Shown here in pieces: positions 25,489 through 39,400 of a stretch of DNA of 64,000 bases (position 1 is its first letter; the number at the start of each line of letters is the position of its first letter). Under the pieces are notes generated by a model that saw only the letters and a list, made by a program, of their open reading frames with translations, searched no databases and had not been told where the DNA came from. The translations under genes and the position numbers were made by a program. Source of the DNA: Paraspadella gotoi (Eukaryota > Animalia > Chaetognatha); contig CM119271.1 in NCBI GenBank assembly GCA_051294375.1, forward strand, positions 8,856,120 through 8,920,119, in the 5' to 3' direction.

Positions 25489-26398
25489 ATTCGTCTTCGG
25501 GTCGTAGACGTCATAATCCAGACGCCCATTCATCTCGAATTCGTGACAGATTTCGATAAGGGATCCGAGGTTAAACCGTTTTTAACAACTACAGTACAGA
25601 TCCAGCGAAATATTATTACAGTGGACTCCGAATTTAACGACCGCTGGAGGTTTGTAGTTTTTTTTAAGGAACAAGGAAAATGCTAAGTGTAGAGGGAATT
25701 TTTTGAGATCTTTTTTCTCTTTGTAAATACTTTCCAGTTTAAATAGTGACTCGTGACTCGTGACTCGTTGAGCTATGTTAAGATCGGATCGAGAACGTTC
25801 AATAGATCTCATTGAATTAATAATATTATATATTATAAATAATGGCGCTAATGACGTTAATAGCCCAAAATCTTTTCTAACGTCGAACCAAGTGCAGATC
25901 AGTTGACGACGTTTGGTTTTTATCGTTTGGCTTTCTGCATTGATTCTGGTAATCCGTCAACTTTTATCGCTCGAAAAACTCCCCGACGACAAAATTAAAA
26001 TAATGACATTTGATTTAAATTTGATGATAAAATTTAAAGAAAACCTTTCACGATGCCAAATTGGATTTCGATCACGGTCTCTATAATTCGGTTCCATTCG
26101 GATTCTTATTTTTCTCTAATTTAGTGTTAATCACAAATACATGCAGATAACTTACATCCAAGATTAAGCATTATGCCTAAAATTCAGTAGGTGAACCTTT
26201 GCTACCCCAATGACTCACATCTAATACTACATTAGAGCATCCGTTGAAAAAAAAACAACAAAACAAAGATTATTTTTTTGCCGCTTGTTCGTGAGGCCTG
26301 ATTTCCTATAAAAAAATTTCGCACTATGATTCACACTGCATAGCTTCTACAATGACATCTTTCGTCTTCGCAACTTTGCCAGCCACGATCCCGTTCCG

Positions 26399-26552
26399 TC
26401 AAACCAGACCGAATCCTTGGATGTGTTCGATGGCAACTAACAGCCTCGTTTCCAAAATGCTCTATAAATAGAATCGGCGATCAATACTGTACTCTTTAAG
26501 CCATGGGATGTCTATTCACTAGACTAATCACGAGACAAGAGGAGATAATAAT

Positions 26553-26644
<92 letters not shown>

Positions 26645-27745
26645 ATATTTCTCTAATTTAACTATCAATCTCATCCATCTATCCACCATTCTATCTATCT
26701 ATCTTTTTATATATCTATCTATCTATCAATCTCATCCATCTATCCCACATTCTGCTTCATTTTCTCGCCTTGGAAGAATAGATGGGCAGGTCTAGCCGGT
26801 TAATGCACGTGTGTGCGACGGGGTAGTAACTCTCGCTGCCGCACGTGGGGCACATCGTCATCTCCACGGCGATCATTCCTTGGACGGGGACGCGATCGCT
26901 CGCCGTCAAGAAAAGGAGGAACTTGCGTTTCTGAATACAAAAAAATATGGACAGTGTGAAAAAGTGGAATTAGTATTTTCCGGTTTATGTAAATGAAAAA
27001 AAATTACTTGTTTCTCTATTTATTTTTTTTTTAAGTATTCGGATTTAAAAAATATCTAATATGTATGAGTTTATTAATTTTATTTCAGTATTTTATTTCT
27101 GTTTTTTATTACCCTATTTTATTATTTTTGCCTTTTATTTTTTGGAATTTTTTTAATTAATTTTATATTCATTTTATAACTTTATAATTTTATAACTTTC
27201 TCCGTTTAATTTTCATTTATTCTGTCCATTATTAGTCTCACTTTTTCTTCCTTTCATTGTCTTTGAATTATTTTTTTATTCTCTCTACAATCTCGTCTAC
27301 AGTCTCGTAGTATCTTTCTTTTTTTTTATATTTCTCTCTTTCTATCCTCCTTTCTATCTATAAGGGGGGTATTTGTTGCCTGTGATAAGATAGGCATATA
27401 ACTATCTTTCCTTCTTTTTATCTTTATATTTATCTTATCTTATCTTATCTTTATCTTTATCCATTTCTTCCCTCCAACCCCTTCTCAAAACCTGCTCCAA
27501 GTTAAATCCGTGAAAGACTTCCCAGAACCACTTGACGACGGTATGCTCCTTCGCGAAGGGCTCCATGTAGACGGTGTGCTCCTCGAAGACGTCGAAGTTG
27601 AAGTTTTCGCTCCCGACGATCGTCTCCATCAATTCCAGCGGATGGAAAAAGGTGAGGATGTCTCCGCCGCAGACGGTGAGAAATCCTGTGCGGAACGCTT
27701 CCAGTTGGGCTGAAAAATAATAAATAAATTGAATTAATTAATTAA

Positions 27746-27817
<72 letters not shown>

Positions 27818-30025
27818 CAAATGACAAGAAAGAATAAATAAATAAATAATAAAAAAATACCTCAAAAAAAAAATAACGAATAAATAGATAAATGAATAAA
27901 CAAATCAATCAATAATTCTATAAGTCAATGAAAAACCATTTTTTGACTAACTTTTCACGGATCCGCGCAGTCTGTGTTCTAGAAACATTTCGACGTATTC
28001 CTCGCGATTTGATGCGTCCACGAAGACTTTCTCGCCGTTTTCTTTCAAGTCGATCAAATTCACTTTGCCCATTTGTTCTTCCATGACCTGAGAACGAAAA
28101 TTATCTTTTTAACCAAGTATATTTCATATAACGAAACAATACAAGGTGATGAAAGTTTGTGAAATTCTCTAAATGAAACATAATCAAACACAGGGTCATT
28201 AAATTTTAATTAAATCCGAAAAATCGAAGATCGTCGACCGTTGTTTTGTTTTTTTCCCGCCCTCATTTTGAGAACGAGGCAGTAATGTGAAAGAAAACAA
28301 AAGGACATTGACCTGAAAGGAGAGAAAAAAAGTTTCTTCGACCGTTTCTCCCTGCGTTTCCTCAAAGTTGAGCAGATTTCGGAGTGAATCGGCCATCGTG
28401 GAATCCACGTCGTCGATATCCTCGATACTGTCGCGAGTTAGTGTAACAATATATAAATAGGAAAAAGCGTTACAGAATTCGTACCAATTCAAAAAAAACC
28501 TGAAGTTGTAACTCGGTTCCAACATCAGTTTGTAAAGGACGAGCGGAAAACTCAATGGAATAATTACGGAATTGTAGATCGCGAGTCCGCACAGCATTCC
28601 GAAAAAACGGAACATTTGCGGCTCTTCGAAAGAGAATGGATTAAACCACAGAGCACCGCCGTTTTGGTAAGTGCGAAACATGCCGAACCTGATGGTGAGT
28701 TTCAAATTTGAAATATTTCTATTTTGTGAAACGCGAAACCTAAAATGATACGATAATTATGTTACACTTTTCTTAAGTGCCAAGCAGAATAAAACCTTGT
28801 TAAAATAAAAATATAACCACTAATAACCACTTACTTCTGATCCATAATTTCCTTGAATAAAAGCATAAAGAATTCTTTTCTCACTCCCCCGTTGTCAACC
28901 GCTTCCTCATCGGAGAAAATTACCTGTTCATTCGCAATAATATTATTACAATAATAATAATAACAACAATAATAATAATAATAATATACAATAATATACA
29001 ATAATAATATTATTACAAAATTTCTAGGTGTAATTTTTTACGAACCACCAAGGGCCTTTTGTACAATTGACGCTCGGTGTCGCTGAACTGTTTCTCGATG
29101 GCGGTAATCGTGTCTTCCAAAACGCTTTGTCTCCGAACGGTCAAGACCAAATTGGGATTGCTATACCTCAGCGGTCCGTGAATATTTCCCGCGGCCTGTA
29201 AGGAAAAAAAAAATGACGGATTAGTGAACCGTAATTACGATATAATTTCATGTCCTGTTATATTGTTTTCTATCAATTAGCGTTTCCATTCTTTCCCCTC
29301 CGCCTTTTTTTTTTCCAATACTAACGTGATCTAGAATTTGCTCAAAGTTTCGAGCGTTGATCGTAGTCGCCGCCTCCAGCATCTGCATCTGCGCGTCGGC
29401 CTGCAGCACGGTCGCCTTGGCAACGCCGTCCAACACGAAGGGATAGTCGCAAAAGTGGAAGGGGAGGTTTGGAATCTGTGGAAGGAAGAACGGGGAGGCG
29501 AAGTGAATTGCATCGCTTTTTATTTAAATCATGTTTTCTACTTTTTGTGCCTTTTTATCACCGGTAATAAAACTGTGAAGATATTGGGCAATAGAAAAAA
29601 AAAGCATTACTACATTAATAACGACGATAGCAACGACGCAAACAACAACAACAAAAAAAAAACCGGCCTGCCTGAGGATAAATGACGAACTGGGCCCGAG
29701 AGAGTCGCCAGAGAAAAAAATCCGCGCTCATCTCCCAAATTCGACTGATTTCCGGGAGATAGAATTGGTCGTAGGTGAGGAAGTCCCCGAGTTCTTTGTT
29801 CATCTGCAATGGACGCAGTTATCGTTGAATACGACCATCTAAACGCGCCCTTTGTCTCTCTTTCTCTCTCTCCTGAATATCTCTCTCTCTTTAATATTTT
29901 CCAGTCTCTTTCATTATTCTTCCTTCTTTTCTTTTCTTTTCTTTTCTTTTCTTTTCTTTTCTTTTTCTTTTCTTCTTTCTTTTCTTTTCTTTTCTTTTCT
30001 TTTCTTTCTTTTCTTTTCTTTTCTT

Positions 30026-30080
<55 letters not shown>

Positions 30081-32546
30081 TCTTTCAGCGCTCTTCATGG
30101 CTCTCCACACATCACATTATAAAAATTCTGAGGCTCGTTCGCGTCTGGAGAGGGATCTTGCAAATTGTTTCGTTGAATTTGGCCTAAGTTAAAAAAACAT
30201 ACATACGAATTATAAATTCTATTCTAACTTTACCATAGTCTATCAATCAAATTAATTCATCAATCAGTCGATCAATATAATCCTCCCATGTTCTCAACTG
30301 GAGTTCAATGAAACAAATCAAACAAGCGATTTAAAAGATTGATTCATTTATTCATTCATTAAATTTAATCAAGCGAACCAGTCACCAATCAATCAATCAA
30401 AAAAAAAATCAAACCTGAAACAAGACGAGCAACGTCGCCAGGTGTTCTTTCTCCAGATTTGGCGAGTCGTACCAGTGAAGCAAAGTGTGAACGTGAGTGA
30501 GAGACATAAGAGCGTAAGCGGCGCCGAAGGGAACGAGCAGACCGGACGAGCGCGGCGAGCTGTTAGACCAATGGAAATGAGGTTGGCCACTAAATATTCA
30601 TCGATTTTACCGCAATCAACTTTAAAAAAATGAGTCAGTGTTTAGCGGTATAAAAGTTGCAGCAATAAAACATAATCCTCTGCCTCTCGGACAAGCAACA
30701 GCACCATCGGCGCCAGAGGTAGAACGCGCTTCTCACGACCCAAAATAATTTGGTTCGCGCTCTGCCGATTCGTACAAGTAAGCTAGGGGTACTCCGGCAC
30801 GACTGATTCCTCCAGTCAGACCCGAAGTTCTCAAACTCTCATGCTCAGGGCATCACGGTTTAAAAATGCATTGATAGATTCTAGATTTAATACCATTCTA
30901 TCATCATTATAAATAATATATAATATTATATTATAAGGGAGTGGTCTTTTCATACAATTGAAACATTCTTTGAAATATTTCCAACTTCATTGATAGGGAA
31001 GCCAGGTACTCTGGGAGTAAATAAACAAGACTGTGAGAGAGTCTTGATTGAAAGCTTGCAGGGACCTGCCATGTCATTATCTTGTAAGAGTGATGGAGGC
31101 CTTAAACCACCTAAGCCTGTCCAAAGTCAGGGGCAAGATAGGCTTATTTATTAAATGAATGGATAATTTTTATATTGGTTGTACCAATTTCATATAATAT
31201 TACAGATTATATTGATTAGGAAAAATCACACATTTGGACGAGAGTTTCGGGAACGACGATGAAGACTCTCGCCGTCTCCGAGCTCGGGATTTGGAATTCG
31301 AGGAGGAAGAGAGTCGTCGTGAGGGCGTCGTAGATTTCGGACATCACGCCTGCAATATGACATTATTTGTCAATTCCTCGACATTCCCTTCTTTTCGTTG
31401 AGTTAGTTTCGGTTAACTGAAATAAATCGTTGTTGAATTCAATTTCAAACTTTTCTAATTGTAAATTTCTAAATTGTCAATTTAAGTACGTACCTTGGGG
31501 TCGAAAGAAAATGTTTTTCTTTATTTTTTTTTGGTAGTACCTCGCTTGCCGACGTGGGCACATTCGTCATCTCACGGCGATCATTCCTTGACGGGACGCG
31601 ATCGCTCGCCGTCAGAAAAAAGGAAACTGCGTTTCTGAACATAAAAAAAATATGACAGTGTGAAAAGTGCATAGTAATTTTCCAGGTTTATTTAAAAAAA
31701 TACTGTTTTTTTAAATTCGTAAATACAATATGAGATAAGGGTACTGGATGTGTCCGATCTTACCTCTGCCATGTCCCGGTGGAACAGCTTGGGTTTATGC
31801 ACAGGCCTTTAACTACGTTCGCGGGGACGGTGATTGACCTAATCAGAGATGTTATATGCCTCAAACTAAGCTGACTAGGGTGACTAGGCATGCATACATG
31901 ATGTTTATTTATTTCAGTATTTTATTTCTGTTTTTATTACCCTATTTTATTATTTTTGCCTTTTATTTTTTGGATATTTTTAATTAATTTTATTTCTATA
32001 ATATAATAAACTATATATATATAACTTTATAATTTATACTGCTCGTTTAATTTTCATTTATTCTGTCCATTATTAGTCTCATCTTTTTCTTCCTTTCATG
32101 TCTTTGAAATTATTTTTTATTCTCTCTCATATCTCGTCTACAGTCTCGTAGTATCTTTCTTTTTTTTAATATTTCTCTCTTTCTATCTTTTCTATCTCCT
32201 TTCTATCTTTCCTTCTTTTTATCTTTATATATATCTTATCTATCTTATCTTTATCTTATCATTTCTTCCCTCCCCACCCTTCTCAAACCTGCTCCAAGTT
32301 AAATCCGTGAAAGACTTCCCAGAACCACTTGACGACGTATGCTCCTTCGCGAAGGGCTCCATGTAGACGGTGTGCTCCTCGAAGACGTCGAAGTTGAAGT
32401 TTTCGCTCCGACGATCTCTCCATCAATTCCAGCGGATGGAAAAAGTGAGGATGTCTCCGCCGCAGACGGTGAGAAATCCTGTGCGGAACGCTTCCAGTTG
32501 GCCTGAAAAATAATAAAAAAATTGAATTAATTAATAATTAAATTAA

Positions 32547-32621
<75 letters not shown>

Positions 32622-34886
32622 AAATAACAAATGACAAGAAAATAAAAAATAAATAATAAAATACCTCAAAAAAATAAACGAATAAATAGATAAATGAATA
32701 AACAAATCAATCAATAATTTCTATAAGTCAATGAAAAACTCTTTTTGACTACTTTTCACGGATCCGCGCAGTCTTGGTTCTAGAACATTTCGACGCTATT
32801 CCTCGCGATTTGATGCGTCCACGAAGACTTTCTCGCCGTTTTCTTTCAAGTCGATCAATTCACTTTTCCCATTTGTTCTTCCATGAACCTGAGAACGAAA
32901 ATTATCTTTTAACCAAGGATATATTCATATAACAAACAATACAAGGTGATGAAAGTTTGTGAAATTCTCTAAATGAAGACATAATCAAACACTGGGTCAT
33001 TAAATTTTAATTAAATCCGAAAAATCGAAGATCCGCGACCGTTGTTTTGTTTTTTCCCGCCCTCATTAATGAGAACGAGCAGTAATGTGAAAGAAAACAA
33101 AAAGACATTGACCTGAAAGGAGAGAAAAAATTTCTTCGACCGTTTCTCCCTGCCGTTTCCTCAAAGTTGAGCAGATGTCGATGAATCGGCCATCGTGGAA
33201 TCCACGTCGTCGATATCCTCGATACTGTCGCGAGTTAGTGTAACAAATATAAATAGGAAAAACGTTACAGAATCGTACCAATTCAAAAAACCTGAAGTTG
33301 TAACTCGGTTCCAACATCAGTTTGTAAAGGACGAGCGGAAAATCAATGATAATTACGGAATTGTAGAATCGCGAGTCCGCACAGGCATTCGCAAAAAACG
33401 GAAACATTTGCGCTCTTCGAAGAAGAATGGATTTAAACCACAGAGCACCGCCGTTTTGGTAAGTGCGAAAACATGCCGAACCTGATGGTAGAGTTTAAAT
33501 GAAATATTTCTATTTTGTGAAACGGCAAACCCTAAATGATACGTGATAATTATGTTACAACTTTTCTTAAATGCCAAGCAGAAATAAAACCTTGTTAAAA
33601 AAAAATATAACCACTAATAACCACTTACTTCTGATCCATAATTTCCTTGAATAAAAGCATAAAGAATTCTTTTCTTCACTCCCCCGTTGTCAACCGCTCC
33701 TCATCGGAGAAAATTACACTGTTACATTCGCAATAATATTATTACAACAATAATAATAAACAATAAATAATAATAATTAATATAATATAATATAATATAC
33801 AATAATATACAATAATATATTATTACAAAATCTAGGTTAATTTTTTACGAACCACCAAGGGCCTTTTGTACAATTGACGCTCGGTGTGCTGAACTGTTTC
33901 TCGATGGCGGGTAATCGTGTCTTCCAAAAGCTTTGTCTCCGAACGGTCAAGACCAAATTGGATTGCTATAACCTCAGCGGTCCGTGAATATTTCCCGCCG
34001 GCTGTAAGGAAAAAAAATGACGGATTAGTGAACCGTAATTACGACTATAATTTATGGTCCTGTTATATTGTTTTCTATCAATTAGCGTTTTCATTCTTTC
34101 CCCTCCGCCTTTTTTTTCCAATACTAACGTGATCCAAGATTGCTCAAAGTTTCGAGCGTTGATCGTAGTCGCCGCCTTCCAGCATCTGCATCTGCGCGCT
34201 CGGCCCTGCAGCACGGTCGCCTGGCAACGCCGTCCAACACGAAGGGAAGTCGCAAAAGATGGAGGAAGGGGAGTTTGGAATCTGTGGAAGGAAGAACGGG
34301 GAGGCGAAGCGAATTGCATCGCTTTTATTTAAATCATGTTTTCTACTTTTGTGCCTTTTATCACCGTAATAAACCGATGAAGATATTGGGCAATAGAAAA
34401 AAAAAGCATTACTACATTAATAACGACGATCGCAACACACAAACAACAACAAAAAAAACAGCCTGCCTGAGGATAAATGACGGAACTGGGCCCGAGAAAG
34501 TCGCCAGAGAAAAAAATCCGCGCTCATCTCCCAAATTCGACTGATTTCGGCGAGATAGAATTTGTCGTAGGTGAGGAAGTCACCGAGTTCTTTGTTCATC
34601 TGCAATGGGACGCAGTTATCGTTGAATACGACCATCTAAACCGCGCCTTTGTCTCTCTTTTTCTCTCTCCTGAATATCTCTCTCTCTTTAATTTTCCATC
34701 TCTTTTATTTCTTCTCTTTTCTTTTCTTTCTTTTCTTTCTTTTCTTTTCTTTTCTTTTCTTTTCTTTTCTTTCTTTTCTTTTTTTTTCTTTCTTTTTTTT
34801 TTTTCTTTTCTTTTCTTTCTTTTCTTTTCTTTGTCTTTCTCTTTTCTTTTTTTCTTTTCTTTTTTTTTTTTCTCTCTCTCTTCTCT

Positions 34887-34930
<44 letters not shown>

Positions 34931-36453
34931 TCTCTCACCTCTTTCAGCAGTCTTCATGGCTTCCAAACTCACATTTAAAATTCTGAGGCTCGTCGCGTTC
35001 GAGAGGAGATCTTGCAAATATCGTTTCGTTGAATTTGCCTAAGTTTAAAAAACAACATACGAATTATAAATTCTATTCCTAACTTTACCATAGTCTATTC
35101 AATCAAATTAATTCATCAATCAGTCGATCAATATAATCCTCCCATGTTCTCAACTGGAGTTCAATGAAACAAATCAAACAAGCGATATTAAGATTGATTC
35201 ATTTATTCATTCATTAAATTTAATCAAGCGAACCAGTCACAATCAATCAATCAAAAAAAAAATCAAAACCTGAAACAAGACGAGCAAACGTCGCAGGTGT
35301 TCTTTCTCCAGATTTGGCGAGTCCGTACCAGTGAAGCAAACTGTGAACGTGAGTGAGAGACATATAAGCGTAAGCGGCGCCGAAAGGGAACGAGCAGACC
35401 GGACGAGCGCGGCGAGCTGTTAGATCAAGGAAATGAGTTTTGCCACTAAATATTCATCGATATTTAGCGCGAATAATTTAAAAAATGAGTCAGTATTTTA
35501 GCGGTGTAAAAGTTGCAGCAATAAAACATAATCCTCTGCCTCTCGGACAAGCAACAGCACCATCGGCGCCCAGAGGGTAGAACGCGCTTCTCACGACCAC
35601 AAAAATTGGTTCGCGCTCTGCCGATTCGTACAGTAAGCTAGGGGTACTCCGGCACGACTGATTCCTCCAGTCAGACCGGAAGTTCTCAAACTCTCATGCT
35701 CAGGGCATCACGGTTTAAAAATGCATTGATAGATTCTAGATTTAATACCATTCTATCACTCATTATAAATAATAATAAATTATTATATTAGTAAAGGAGT
35801 GGTCTTTTCATACAATTGAAACTTCTTTGAAATATTTCCAACTTCATTGATAGGAAGCCAGTACTCTGGGGATAAATAAACAAGACTGTGAGAGAGTCGT
35901 TGATTGAAGCTTGCAGGAGCCTGCCATTGTCATTATCTTGTAAGAGGTGATGGAGGCCTTAAACGCACCTAAGCCTGTCCAAAGTCAGGGGCAAATAGGC
36001 CTTATTTATTAAATGAATGGATTAATTTTATATGGTTGCTACCAAATTCATATAATATTACAGATTATATTGATTAGGAAAAATCACACATTGCGACGAG
36101 AGTTTCGGGAACGACGATGAAGACTCTCGCCGTCTCCGAGCTCGGGATTTGGAATTCAGGAGGAAGAGAGTCGTCGTGAGGCGTCGTAGATTTCGGACAT
36201 ACAGCCTGCAATATGACATTATTTGTCAATTCCTCGACATTCCTTCTTTCTGAGTTAGTTTCGGTTAACTGAAATAAATCGTTGGTTGAATTCAATTTCA
36301 AACTTTTCTAATTGTAAATTTCTAAATTGTCAATTTAAGTACGTACCTTGGGGTCGAAAGAAAATGTTTTTCTTTATTTTTTTTTCCCCATATTCTTCTC
36401 CTCTTCTCTCTCTCTCTCTCTCTCTCTCNNNNNNNNNNNNNNNNNNNNNNNNN

Positions 36454-36484
<31 letters not shown>

Positions 36485-39400
36485 CTTTCCCTCCCTCGCA
36501 CCGGAAAATTTCGATTGCAGATTTTTGATAAACGCTTTCAAACTGTGAATATCGATTCCTGATAAAAAAACGAAGCGATTAAAAAAAAAATCCCAAATCA
36601 AAATTTTGGTAGTACCTCGCTTGCCGACGTGGGCACATTTCGTCATCTCACGGCGATCATCCTTGACGAGACGCGATCGCTCGCCGTCAAGAAAAAAGGA
36701 AACTTGCGTATTCTGAAATTACCAAAAAAATATGACAGTGTGAAAAGTGGACATAGTATTTTCCAGGTTTAAATGTAAACGAAAAAAATATACTTGTTTC
36801 TCTATTTATTTTTTTTTATATTCGGATTTTAAAAAATATCTAATATGTATGACTTACTTATTTATTCAGTATTTTATTCTGTATTTTATTACCTATTTTA
36901 TTATTTTTGCCTTTTATTTTTGGAATTTTTAATTAATTTTATTTTTATAATATAATAAACTATAATATATAATATACTTTATAATTATTATAAACTGCTC
37001 GTTTAATTTTCATTTTTCTGTCCATTATTAGTCTCATCTTTTTCTTCCTTCTCATTGTCTATTGAAATTATTTTTTATCTCTCTCTACATATTCTCGTCA
37101 CAGTCATCAGCTAGTATCTTTCTTATTTTTCTAATAATTTCTCTCTTTCTATCCTCCTTTCTATCTATAAGGGGTATTTTTCGCCTGTGATAAGATGAGC
37201 ATATAACTATCTTTCCCTTCTTTTTATCTTTATATTATATCTTATCGTATCTTATCTTTATCTTATCTATTTCTTCTTCCCTCCCCAGCCCTTCTCAAGA
37301 CCTTGCTCCAAGTAAATCCCGATGACAAGACTTCCAGAACCACTTGACAGGAGACGTATGCCCTCCTGTCGCGAAGGCTGCCATGTAGGACGGTGTGCTC
37401 CTCGAAGAGTCGACAGTTGAAGTTTTCGGCTCGACGATCTTCTCCATCAATTCCAGCGGATGGAAAAAGTTTGAGGATGTCTTCCGCCGCAGACGGTGAG
37501 AAATCCTGAATGCGGAAACGCTTCCAGTTGGCACTGAAAATAATAAAAAAATTGAATTACTAATTAATTTAATTATTAAATTAAATAAATAAATAAAATA
37601 AATAAATAAATAAATAATAAATAAATAAATAAATAAATAAATTTAACATAAATAAATAAATAAATAAATAATAACAAATGACAAGAAAATAAAAAATAAA
37701 TAATAAAATACCTCAAAAAAATAAACGAATAAATAGTATAAAATGAATAAACAAATCAATCGAATTAATGTTCATATTACAGTCAATGAAAAACTCTTTT
37801 TACTACTTTTGCACGGTCCGCGCAGTCTTGGTTCTAGACATTTCGACGACTATTCACCGCGATTTGACTGCGTCCACGACTTCTCCCAGTTATTCTTCAA
37901 GTCGATAACTTCACTTTTCCCATGTTCTATCCATACCTTTGGGGAAAAGGGAACGAAAATTATCTTAACCAAGGCATATATTCATTATAACAAACAACGT
38001 AACAAGGTAGATGAAAGTTTGTGAATTCTCTACATATGCAAGACATAATCAAACACTGGGTCCATTCAAAATTTTAATTATAATCCGAAAAATCGAAGAT
38101 CCGCGAACCCGCTTGTTTCTGTTTTTTCCCGTCCCTCATATAATGCAGAACGAAGGCATAATCGTGAAACGAAAACAAAAACGACAGTGTGACCTCGAAA
38201 GGAGAGAAAAGCAATTTCTTCGACCGTTTCTCCCTGCCGTTTCCTCCAAAAGTTGAGCAGATGTCGATGAATTCGGCCATCCGTGGAATCCACGTCTCGC
38301 ATATCCTCGACTACTGCTCGCGAGTTAGATGTAACAATATAAATAGAAAAACCGTACGAGAATGCGTCCAATTCAAAAAACCTGAAGTTGTAACTCGGTT
38401 CCAAACATCAGTTTAGTAAAGAGAACGCAGCGGAAAATCAATGTATAATTACGAATTGTAGAATCGCGAGTCCGCACAGGCATTCGCAAAAAACGGAAAC
38501 ATTTGCGACTCTTCGAAGTAAGAATGGATTTAAACCACAGAGCACCGCCGTTTTGGTAAGTGCGAAAACATCCAACAGCCTGTATTGGTAGAGTTTAAAT
38601 GAATATTCATTGTGAAACGGCAAACCCTAAAATGATGACGTGAGTAAATTTATGTTACAACTTTTCTTAAATGACCAAGCAGAAAATAAAACCTTGTTAA
38701 AAAAAAATATAACCACTAATAAACCACTTACTTCTGATCCATAATCTCCTTGAATAAAAGCAATAAAGAATTCTTTCTCACTCCCCCGTTGTCAACCGCT
38801 TCCTCATCGGAGGCAAAATTACCTGTTACATTCGCAATAATTTATTACAACAATAATAATCAACAATAAAATAATAATAATTAATAATAATAATATAATA
38901 TACAATAATATACAATAATATATTATTACAAAATTTCTAGGTTACATCTTTTTACGAACGCACCATAAGGGCCTTTTTTGTACAATGTGACGCTCTGCGT
39001 GTCCTAATGTTTCTCGATGGCGGATAATCGGATCTTCCAAACAATGCTTGTGTCTCCGAACGGTGCAAACCAAATTGGGATTGCTATACCTCAGCGGTCC
39101 GTGAATATTTCCGCTGGCTGTTAAGGAAAAAAAGTGACGGCATTAGTGAAACCGTCTAATTACGATCTATAATTTTATGCGTCCTGTTATATTGTTTTCT
39201 ATCAATTTATTTGCTTTCATTCTTTTTCCCCTCCGCCTTTTTTTTTTTCCAATACAACGTGATCAGAGATTGCTCCAAAGTTTCGAGCGTTGGATTACGT
39301 AGTCGCCGCCTTCCAAGCATCTGCCATCTGCGCGCTCGGCCCTGCAGGCACGGTCGCCTTGCAACGCGTCCAACACGAGGAATGAGTCGCAAAAGATGGA

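Noticed and set aside
31488-31520. Minus-strand TTTCTTTCGACCCCAAG|GTACGT as a recursive splice site or micro-exon
   Set aside because: The intron is short, the flanking exons already join in phase, and the region is in noisy fill.
31720-31900. ~180-bp unique insertion found only in HERC copy 2
   Set aside because: No TIR, TSD or ORF, and it lies inside noisy long-read-like sequence; most likely a low-quality read segment.
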